A stretch of 64,000 nucleotides of DNA from a virus (taxonomy: Duplodnaviria; Caudoviricetes): positions 1 to 64,000 of the IMG/VR virus record IMGVR_UViG_2974636896_000001. The stretch is one strand, 5' to 3'. Shown here in pieces: positions 45,627 to 53,476 of this stretch. Below the pieces are notes generated by a model. It worked only from the letters and a program-made list of their open reading frames with translations. It made no database searches and was not told the origin of the DNA. The first letter of the stretch is position 1; the number at the start of each line of letters is the position of its first letter. A program made the position numbers and the translations under genes.

Positions 45627-46265
45627 ATGCAATTGATCTTACCAGCACAACAAACTCCAATTGATTATAATATTCGTGTAGCAGATAACTACATGTCTCA
45701 TGATTGGTGCGAACAACTTTATAATCAATTCACTCATACCCCTGGTAAAGTTGCAACGTTCCCTTGGTATTGTTCTCAAATACTTTATGATGATACACCT
45801 CAATCATCACTCAATTGTTCTCACTTACAAAACGTTCACTTCTCTCATAACTTCTATTCAGATGGTAATAGTTGTAGTGATCACGGTCACTTGATTCAAC
45901 CACTCATAGATAACATTAATCCAGATATACTATACAGAGCAAAGGCAAATCTTACTACCTATAATGAACTTATAATTAAACATGGATATCATACAGATGA
46001 AGCATTCCCTGGTTTTACTTCTATCTTATTCCTCAATACTTGCGACGGTTCAACATCATTCAAATTTAATGACTCCATACAAGAAGTTGATGCTATCCAA
46101 GGCAGATTAGTTACCTTCGATAATAGAATACTACACAGTGGTTCAACTACTACTAACACCAATACTCGTGCTGTTATAGTCATTAATTATTACAAACATG
46201 AATATGCTTTACAATTAGGACCAGAACCAATTAGAATCACTGTACCTAACGATCAACCAACCTAA
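45627..46265 (+). CDS. 2OG-Fe(II) oxygenase
   Basis: RAKANL, YHTD, LNTCDG.T, GRLVTFD....HSGST.T....R.VI.INY. Confidence 0.82.
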   Translation: MQLILPAQQTPIDYNIRVADNYMSHDWCEQLYNQFTHTPGKVATFPWYCSQILYDDTPQSSLNCSHLQNVHFSHNFYSDGNSCSDHGHLIQPLIDNINPDILYRAKANLTTYNELIIKHGYHTDEAFPGFTSILFLNTCDGSTSFKFNDSIQEVDAIQGRLVTFDNRILHSGSTTTNTNTRAVIVINYYKHEYALQLGPEPIRITVPNDQPT

Positions 46266-46525
46266 TGTATACTTTCACTAAAGGACAACATGTTACTTAC
46301 AAAGATTACAAAGGTGTTATTAACTTCATATCTGAGTATTACATAACTATCACTATCAGAGAGTATAACAAACCCGCACTTGAAGCAGAACATGCTAAAT
46401 CAATGATTCGTCAGGTTAACTTATGCGTCTACCCAAACTTCTGGAAAGATATACATTTAACCTCTCCACAGGTTGTTAATACTTTTTCCACAGATAATGC
46501 GGAAATTGTGGAAAACATTAAATAA
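46265..46525 (+). CDS. hypothetical protein (3' end carries DnaA-box-like motifs)
   Basis: F..G..V.Y....G.I.FI...YITI; coupled start. Confidence 0.6.
   Translation: MYTFTKGQHVTYKDYKGVINFISEYYITITIREYNKPALEAEHAKSMIRQVNLCVYPNFWKDIHLTSPQVVNTFSTDNAEIVENIK
46462..46515. other. cluster of cyanobacterial-type DnaA boxes
   Basis: TTTTCCACA 46484-46492, TGTGGAAAA 46507-46515, near-matches CTCTCCACA 46462 and TGCGGAAAT 46498. Confidence 0.5.
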
Positions 46526-46675
46526 ACTATTATGTGTGTTTAATCCCTCTCTAAATGTCTCAGAGAATTGTAGTCTAAGCACGCTTCCTAACAGATGTCA
46601 ACCCCCTCTAATCACCTCGGAGATACTCTCATCACCATTGCTAATCATTCGCCTCACAGTGTCACATAGAGGCAC

Positions 46676-46704
46676 TTGACAAACTCTCACTTATGCTCTA
46701 TAAT
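46676..46704 (+). promoter_or_regulatory. consensus sigma70 promoter
   Basis: TTGACA-17-TATAAT, preceded by a half-site AGTGTCAC. Confidence 0.85.
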
Positions 46705-46748
46705 AACACTGTAAGGGTTCATACAAACCTCTTAGATCTTTAAGACTT

Positions 46749-46952
46749 ATGCTGTATCAAATCTATGACAACTCACTAGTGCTGAGAGGTACTTTCGAGA
46801 GTATATACGACCTTGAAAGATATATCGATGGCATTCGGATTACCAGGGGAGAAGCATACCCAGAGACTCCGAGAATGTCGTGTTTCGATTATATTAAAAC
46901 TATTCAATGGCACTGGGAATGTGTTGACAAATATGGCACTAGTGAGGTATAA
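46749..46952 (+). CDS. hypothetical protein
   Basis: ORF downstream of the consensus promoter. Confidence 0.6.
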   Translation: MLYQIYDNSLVLRGTFESIYDLERYIDGIRITRGEAYPETPRMSCFDYIKTIQWHWECVDKYGTSEV

Positions 46953-46953
46953 T
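46924..46953 (+). promoter_or_regulatory. sigma70 promoter with no adjacent ORF
   Basis: TTGACA-18-TATAAT; next ATG about 180 nt downstream. Confidence 0.65.
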
Positions 46954-47131
46954 TAGTGGGACACTAAGTAACACTTAGCGGCACTTAGTTGTTGTTACAT
47001 TGGCAGTTATATTGGCCCCCTTAAATATAAAAAAGGCCACTACCCTAACCTACAAAGGTTCCCCTGAGCGATTGATATATAAAATCCTAAAATGTTTTCC
47101 ACAGGTTCTAAAAAATTTTCTGAGATAAAAA

Positions 47132-47350
47132 ATGGATGCTAAGACCCGCATAGAGAGACAAGACACGAGAGTATGGGCATTAGAGCAACTGATAAGGTTA
47201 GAGGCATTTCTAGACCCTAGGATGTACGAGTGTGCAGACTATTATGCTTCTGCGTATGCTTCTCAAGTTCGTGATGATCTATATACACTATGGGTTGAGT
47301 GGAAAGCAGAACATCCGTCAAACAATCCTCAGGTAATCAATCGTTTATAG
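47132..47350 (+). CDS. hypothetical protein
   Basis: 72-aa ORF at the start of the post-intergenic operon. Confidence 0.6.
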   Translation: MDAKTRIERQDTRVWALEQLIRLEAFLDPRMYECADYYASAYASQVRDDLYTLWVEWKAEHPSNNPQVINRL

Positions 47351-47355
47351 AAGTT

Positions 47356-47526
47356 ATGTCCCATAGATTCACAACAAGACTTGAAGAGGATGATTTTGGT
47401 GATCTAATCCTTAATATACCATATGAAGTATGTGAAGAGTTGGGATGGGATGTAGGAACTCTTTTAGACTATGATATCACCGAAGATGGAACATCATTTA
47501 CCCTCCGAAAATCTAATGACGAGTGA
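47356..47526 (+). CDS. AbrB/MazE/SpoVT-like DNA-binding protein
   Basis: DDFGDLILNIPYEVCEELGWDVGTLLDYDI..DG..FTLRK matches the swapped-hairpin pattern G...IP......LG...G. Confidence 0.7.
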   Translation: MSHRFTTRLEEDDFGDLILNIPYEVCEELGWDVGTLLDYDITEDGTSFTLRKSNDE

Positions 47527-47755
47527 AGAAATTTTTGAAGCGTTTAAAGACAATGCGAATGCTCATGAGATATTAAATGAGATTATTGTCAAACTTGGGA
47601 AGAGAATGCAATCAATAGAGGAAGCAATGCAAGAACTTCCCACACCAGACAAGACATATTATAAACCAAAGAACGCAGAGGATTATCTAACACTGTGTGA
47701 GAATTTGGATGTTATTTACGAACGATTAGAGAGGATAGAGAATGGCAGGGTGTAG
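47516..47755 (+). CDS. coiled-coil hypothetical protein
   Basis: YKP.....Y.TL.E.LD.IY.RL..IE. Confidence 0.55.
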   Translation: MTSEEIFEAFKDNANAHEILNEIIVKLGKRMQSIEEAMQELPTPDKTYYKPKNAEDYLTLCENLDVIYERLERIENGRV

Positions 47756-50228
47756 GAACCAAGGAAATGCTTGTGAGGAATCTGATCACTGCACCCGCCG
47801 AAGACCACAGGCTGTAGCACCATCAGCAGGTGTTCCTGTAGAATATTCTGAGTATCCTATAACACAATTTCGTACAGGTAATTATAATATTCCTAACAGG
47901 ACTGCTGATGCAGTGATGCATGATTCTATTTTTGTACCGTATGTACAGGGAGAGGATGGTCAACCTTCTGGACCTGCTGATGCGGCAACGGGCGGCAATT
48001 GTGGAAAAATAAGATATACAGGATGTTCTGGGGGATTTCTTGGTGGTGATTATGTTTATGATTGGTATCCTACTGAGTTATCATTTGATTGGCAATCATC
48101 AGATACTTGGATAGCATATCTTTATGATACTGGTAATTCAGGAGGAGTTGCAGGAGTACCTGTTTATTATCTTGAGACATGTACAACTACAAGTACTTCT
48201 ACGACTCAGGGTACACCGAACGTTCCTGCATCGTCCACATCATCAACAACCAGTACAACAACATGTAAATTATGTACAGCACATACATGTTCACCCGCAA
48301 CCACTGATTTAAAGTACACTTATAATGGTCAAGACCTTACTCAGGATCCTGACTGTCCATTTCCAGATTTATTTGGTATTGGTACAGAGAGTAATAAGAT
48401 TGTATTTTCTTATGATTCATTATCAACAACATTATCTGATGGTGTAACAGATTTTGCCTTTTCTTTTAGTGGGGCAACTTATATTAATGTATATGATGCT
48501 GCATTAGGACTTGGTGCCGAGTATAATTCAGCACAAAATCCATGGCAAGTGGGCGACGAAAATTTCAATACATTTGAAATATTTGATAGCGATGTATTTG
48601 ATAGTGAAGTTAAGTCTGGATTTAGGATAAAAGTAAGAATTGAACCTGTCATTGACGAAACTGGTGGTACTGCAGTGTTTACTGGCACTAAATGGACAGT
48701 ATTAGAACTGATGAGTCCTGGACAGGGGTATGAAGTTGGTGATGTATATACATTAAATTATACACATGTACATCCAGATTTAACTGAATCTGTTTTAACT
48801 GTCGATATCAAGATCACTACCATTGGTCCTGTGCAAATTACCACAGGACAAGACGGTTTTGATGTAATGAGAACTAGTGATACCATCAATGGTCATACAA
48901 TTCTCCGTGTTTATCATACAGATATTGATAATTTTCCTTATCATGTCGCGTATGTAGATGGTAATGGGAATGATTTTACGAAAGATACGCAATATACGTC
49001 TTCTAGAAACCATGTTATCACTGCAAAAGCGGGATATGGTATTGTAGATAGGGCATGTTTAGTCGGAAGATATGAATTTACGGAAAAATCTATTCAATAT
49101 GTGACTGCAAGTTTTGATAAAAACAGTCCAGACGTGTTTAATAGCATTAGATTACCTGATGCAACCGCAATTATAACAAATGGTAAGGTTACTGGGTTTA
49201 CTATTGACAATCCAGGCAAGAATTTAACTAGTTCTTTTCTAAATGGTCAAGATCCAATCCTTACTATTGGACCTCCTACTAATGAAAATGGTCAACCTGC
49301 CGTAGTTGAGGGCAATTTTATCGGTGGTCAACTATCTAGTATCAAAATTGTCAATGGTGGAACGCTTTATGACGCAAATGATCCGCCAAAATTGTATATT
49401 GCTAACACATATAAGGAAGTAACGACTCGATATAGCAATGATTCGTATGAACCTGATAAATTAGAGCGGTATTCTGGGTATTTTGACGCATATCCTGGTC
49501 CAGAAGACCCAAATGCCAGAGGTGATTTTAACGAAAGTGCGGATACGATACCTCAAGAGATTAGTTTTAGAACCAAACAGGAAAATATTGATATTAAGTT
49601 TGATAAAAGGCGTAAAAAGGCAGATGTTTTACCGCAATCTCTGTATAGTCAAGATAAAACCGCTCCATTATATCCCATTCTAATTCGTGATACGGATTTA
49701 AGGTATTTGGATAGACTAGACCACACTGATTTAGTCTCTGGTATTAGAGGTGAAGAGGCAGATCGTAAAACTAGAATATCAACTTTGATTGATGGTATCA
49801 CTCAATACCAAGTTCCAGAGTATAATGTTACTCAAGAAGTTCTTGTTGAGACTGTGCAGGGAAGAGTTGGAGATTTGCCATATGGCACAGAGTTCACTAA
49901 ATATATACTGAAGCAGTATCGTGCTGATCCATCAGAACGAACAACAATTAGTGTTACATTAAGTTGCAATCCAGTTGCACCTGGTGTTAATACTACTGTT
50001 TGTCCACCACCTGCACCGCCAATAGTACCGCCAACATCAGTAACAGATCCCACTACAGGTGCTACAAATAGTGCATCTACAACCTGTATAGTAACTGGTC
50101 CTCATGGTCCAGGATGTCTAGCATGGGAAGTATCAGGAGAGATGTTGTTTCTACATGATTTAACAAGATCTGCAGCAACTGTTGTATCTGCATCTAAAGC
50201 ATTTGGCAATCCACTTTTACAGACATAG
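47742..50228 (+). CDS. large virion structural protein (baseplate-associated)
   Basis: Cys/Thr/Pro-rich; contains I.N.G..Y....P repeats also found in gp7; upstream of PAAR/gp25. Confidence 0.6.
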   Translation: MAGCRNQGNACEESDHCTRRRPQAVAPSAGVPVEYSEYPITQFRTGNYNIPNRTADAVMHDSIFVPYVQGEDGQPSGPADAATGGNCGKIRYTGCSGGFLGGDYVYDWYPTELSFDWQSSDTWIAYLYDTGNSGGVAGVPVYYLETCTTTSTSTTQGTPNVPASSTSSTTSTTTCKLCTAHTCSPATTDLKYTYNGQDLTQDPDCPFPDLFGIGTESNKIVFSYDSLSTTLSDGVTDFAFSFSGATYINVYDAALGLGAEYNSAQNPWQVGDENFNTFEIFDSDVFDSEVKSGFRIKVRIEPVIDETGGTAVFTGTKWTVLELMSPGQGYEVGDVYTLNYTHVHPDLTESVLTVDIKITTIGPVQITTGQDGFDVMRTSDTINGHTILRVYHTDIDNFPYHVAYVDGNGNDFTKDTQYTSSRNHVITAKAGYGIVDRACLVGRYEFTEKSIQYVTASFDKNSPDVFNSIRLPDATAIITNGKVTGFTIDNPGKNLTSSFLNGQDPILTIGPPTNENGQPAVVEGNFIGGQLSSIKIVNGGTLYDANDPPKLYIANTYKEVTTRYSNDSYEPDKLERYSGYFDAYPGPEDPNARGDFNESADTIPQEISFRTKQENIDIKFDKRRKKADVLPQSLYSQDKTAPLYPILIRDTDLRYLDRLDHTDLVSGIRGEEADRKTRISTLIDGITQYQVPEYNVTQEVLVETVQGRVGDLPYGTEFTKYILKQYRADPSERTTISVTLSCNPVAPGVNTTVCPPPAPPIVPPTSVTDPTTGATNSASTTCIVTGPHGPGCLAWEVSGEMLFLHDLTRSAATVVSASKAFGNPLLQT

Positions 50229-50231
50229 AAT

Positions 50232-50807
50232 ATGGCATCGGGAATTGGACTTTTTATGGGCACTTGCTCAGGGCATGGTTTAGGGGCAGGTTCTTCCCAT
50301 CACCCTGGATTAGGAGGATCGATACTACCAGGGTGCCAAATGCCACCTTATGACCCTAAGATTGTACCTAAACCAGTACAACAAATGGATGCAGTCACTT
50401 CTTGGCTTCCTCATCCTCAATTGCCCCTAGGTGTTGCTAAGGCATTAGCTGCAAGAGTAGTTGTGAATGGCAATATTCCTATGGTGGACCAGGATATTCT
50501 TATTCCTCATCCAACACTAAATGTACACACAGTTTCATATACAGGCATCCCTAAGGGGTGTCCACCAGGAGTTACACCAAATCCTGCCCACTGGTGTACT
50601 TTCGGTATTACAGGTGGTAGAGAAGCGCCCGTAGGGCATGCTAGAAAGATTCTGGCAACTGCCAAGACAGTTTTTATAGGTAAAGTACGTGTTTCTAAGT
50701 TTGGAGATCCAATGGGAGATAGAACACCAGCATTTCCATGTAACTCTGTTGTTACTGGTTGCAGTCCTAACGTCTTTATTGAGATGAGTGGCGGCGGCAT
50801 CACCTAA
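50232..50807 (+). CDS. PAAR-like spike-tip protein (gp5.4 analog)
   Basis: CSGHG, V.VNG.IP, H.R....T.KTVFI, GD......C.S.V...SPNVF. Confidence 0.75.
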   Translation: MASGIGLFMGTCSGHGLGAGSSHHPGLGGSILPGCQMPPYDPKIVPKPVQQMDAVTSWLPHPQLPLGVAKALAARVVVNGNIPMVDQDILIPHPTLNVHTVSYTGIPKGCPPGVTPNPAHWCTFGITGGREAPVGHARKILATAKTVFIGKVRVSKFGDPMGDRTPAFPCNSVVTGCSPNVFIEMSGGGIT

Positions 50808-50843
50808 TGTGCTATAATATAGGAGTCACTCAATAGAGCAACT

Positions 50844-50990
50844 ATGGCAAAAATGAGGAAGTCCCTCTCGGGCAACAGTATGATTGAGTCATCTCCCAAA
50901 AAGACTCGTCAGGGTACAGGTAAACACACTAAATATGCTTCATCTTCCCGTAATGCAGCAAAGAAGCGTTATAGAGGTCAGGGAAAGTAG
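50844..50990 (+). CDS. small basic protein (48 aa)
   Basis: not in the ORF track; MAKMRKS...PKKTRQG.GKHTKY.SSSRN..KKRYRGQG; TGCTATAAT extended -10 upstream. Confidence 0.7.
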   Translation: MAKMRKSLSGNSMIESSPKKTRQGTGKHTKYASSSRNAAKKRYRGQGK

Positions 50991-51019
50991 TCTAAATAGT
51001 ACGATAGTGCTTAAATGGA

Positions 51020-51439
51020 ATGGCTCTCAAACCAATTGGTGGTAAGAATGTAAAAAGATCCAAGTCTTTCAAAGATATTGGTATCTCTTTTTCCAGGAAT
51101 TTATTTACTGATGATGTTTCTGCCGTAACCAACGAGAATTGCATAAAGCAGTCAGTCAAAAATCTTATTTTGACTACACCAGGAGAAAAACCATTCCAAC
51201 CTTTAATCGGGTCCAGGGTTTACGAACTATTGTTCGAGCCTTTGGACCCTTTTACCGTTGATGCTATTCGTGATGAGGTAATAAATACAATTAAACAGTA
51301 TGAACCTCGTGTTGAATTGACAAGTGTGGAGGTAACTCCAATCCTTGAAAACAATAATCTCCTTATTTCTATAGAATATAAGGTTGTTGGAGTTCCTATT
51401 GTCGAAGAGATCACGTTTGTATTACAAAAACCAGACTAA
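51020..51439 (+). CDS. gp25: baseplate wedge subunit gp25
   Basis: FKDI..SF, IKQSVKNL.LT.PGEKPF.P..GS....LLFEP, YEPRV; late promoter CTAAATA at 50993. Confidence 0.95.
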   Translation: MALKPIGGKNVKRSKSFKDIGISFSRNLFTDDVSAVTNENCIKQSVKNLILTTPGEKPFQPLIGSRVYELLFEPLDPFTVDAIRDEVINTIKQYEPRVELTSVEVTPILENNNLLISIEYKVVGVPIVEEITFVLQKPD

Positions 51440-53472
51440 TGCAACCAAATAATTTAACCGCACTAGACTTTGATGATATCAAAGCTTCTATTAAGTCATA
51501 TCTGAGAACTAGAACAGAATTCTCGGATTATGACTTTGAGGGGTCTGCATTATCATATCTTATCGATACATTAGCATACAATAGTTATTACACAGCATTC
51601 AATGCAAACATGGCATTGAATGAAGCATTTTTACCTTCGTCAAGTGTTAGAGATAATATTGTAAAACTTGCTAAACTATTAAATTATACACCAAGATCTA
51701 TTATTTGTTCAAAGGCATGTTTGAAACTAACAATTCAGACAATTGATGTCAATGGATTTTTCCCATCTTCAGTAACGTTGCCAAAAGGTCCTGTAGCAAC
51801 TGGCGGTAATTATATTTGGAATGTTATTGATGATATCACTACAGAAGTTGATACATCTACTGGTATAGCAGAATTTGATAATTTAGAAGTTTATGAAGGT
51901 AGTTTGATTGAGTTTAATTATATCGTTAATACATTTGCAAATCAACGATATATCATCCAATCCCAAGATGCAGATGTTTCAACATTAAGTGTCAGGGTTA
52001 AACCTAACGAAACATCTACTAACTCAGACTTATACTCTAGAGTCAATAACATCACTGATTTGAATGCCAATACAAGAGCATATTTTCTTTCAGAAACTGA
52101 TGATATGCGGTATGAGGTAAAATTTGGAGACGATAGTATTGGTAGATCTGTAAAGGACGGTGAGGTTGTTTCCCTACGTTATATGGTAACAGATGGACCA
52201 GATGCTAATGGTATTCAAGTATTTTCCTTTATTGGAAATATCAGAGATACTAATGGTCAAATATATTCTCCAAATGTAGTAGATATTGTTGTAAAATCTA
52301 AATCTGTTCTTGGTGATAATGCTGAAAGTGTTGAATCTATTAAGTATTATGCTCCAAGATATTACTCTGCCCAATATAGAGCAGTAACTGCTCAAGATTA
52401 TGAGGTTATTACTAAAAATATTTACGATAATGCCGATGCTGTCGTTGCTTTTGGTGGTGACTCATTAAATCCTCCTGTATATGGAAAGGTTTATATTGTA
52501 GTTAAGACAAAAACTGGTTCTGACTTGAACGATCAAACAAAGAAAAGTTTGAGTAATCAACTCAGAAAGTATGCTATGGCGTCTATTGACCCAGTAATCG
52601 AAGACGTTGACAATATTTACATCAATCCTAAAATCTTTGTAAATTACGATACAGGTTGTGGTTCCAATACTTCTCAGATTAAATCTGACATTTCCAGGTC
52701 TATTTTAGATTGGGGTAGTCAATCAAAGATTAATAACTTTAATGCATCTTTTAGTACACAATCTTTTGAAAGAGCTATTGAACTTTCTAATAGTTGTATC
52801 ACTGATGTGTCAACTCAATTAACATTATTGAGATATATTAAACCAAATACAAATCAAACAAACACATATTGCATTTCTACAGGATCCCCAATCTACAATA
52901 GTGCTCCATCATCAGATGATGGGGATACCAATTGTAAGAAGGAACCAGTAATTTTATCTGGACCTTTTAGAACTGCTGATAGACCAGGTGTCGATCAACA
53001 ATTTGAAGATGATGGATATGGTAATCTAAGAACCTTTTACAATACAGGAAACAGAAAAGTTTACACAAATGACTCTGCAGGGACAGTAAATTACGCTACA
53101 GGTGAGATTTGTTTTGGACCTGTCAATATTATTGGTTCTGGTGGTAGTAATGCTGATGATGCTGATATTAGTATCACCGATTCTTCTACAGGATTAGGGT
53201 CTGTAGTCAACCCTGAGAACCTTCCTAGTGGTCTTCAACTGCCTGTGCAGGTCATTCCATCAAACAGTGCAGTTCTGCCTGCTACAACCCCTGGTACAAT
53301 CATTAATATAATTAGTCCAGAAATTTCAGTAACCCCGATCGGGACACAGTTCCCATCGTCAATCCCACTAAATAGTTTGACGCCAGGTGCATTTAATGTA
53401 AGTCCAGTTGTTCTGGACATTCCGACGATTGACAATTCTGGTTCTCTTAATACATCCTCCTGTTTTACGTAG
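51439..53472 (+). CDS. gp6: baseplate wedge subunit gp6
   Basis: LDFD.IK..IK.YL, F.DYDFEGS.LS.LID.LAYN, FGD...G, ESVESIK..AP..Y..Q.RAVT..DY. Confidence 0.95.
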   Translation: MQPNNLTALDFDDIKASIKSYLRTRTEFSDYDFEGSALSYLIDTLAYNSYYTAFNANMALNEAFLPSSSVRDNIVKLAKLLNYTPRSIICSKACLKLTIQTIDVNGFFPSSVTLPKGPVATGGNYIWNVIDDITTEVDTSTGIAEFDNLEVYEGSLIEFNYIVNTFANQRYIIQSQDADVSTLSVRVKPNETSTNSDLYSRVNNITDLNANTRAYFLSETDDMRYEVKFGDDSIGRSVKDGEVVSLRYMVTDGPDANGIQVFSFIGNIRDTNGQIYSPNVVDIVVKSKSVLGDNAESVESIKYYAPRYYSAQYRAVTAQDYEVITKNIYDNADAVVAFGGDSLNPPVYGKVYIVVKTKTGSDLNDQTKKSLSNQLRKYAMASIDPVIEDVDNIYINPKIFVNYDTGCGSNTSQIKSDISRSILDWGSQSKINNFNASFSTQSFERAIELSNSCITDVSTQLTLLRYIKPNTNQTNTYCISTGSPIYNSAPSSDDGDTNCKKEPVILSGPFRTADRPGVDQQFEDDGYGNLRTFYNTGNRKVYTNDSAGTVNYATGEICFGPVNIIGSGGSNADDADISITDSSTGLGSVVNPENLPSGLQLPVQVIPSNSAVLPATTPGTIINIISPEISVTPIGTQFPSSIPLNSLTPGAFNVSPVVLDIPTIDNSGSLNTSSCFT

Positions 53473-53476
53473 TTAG

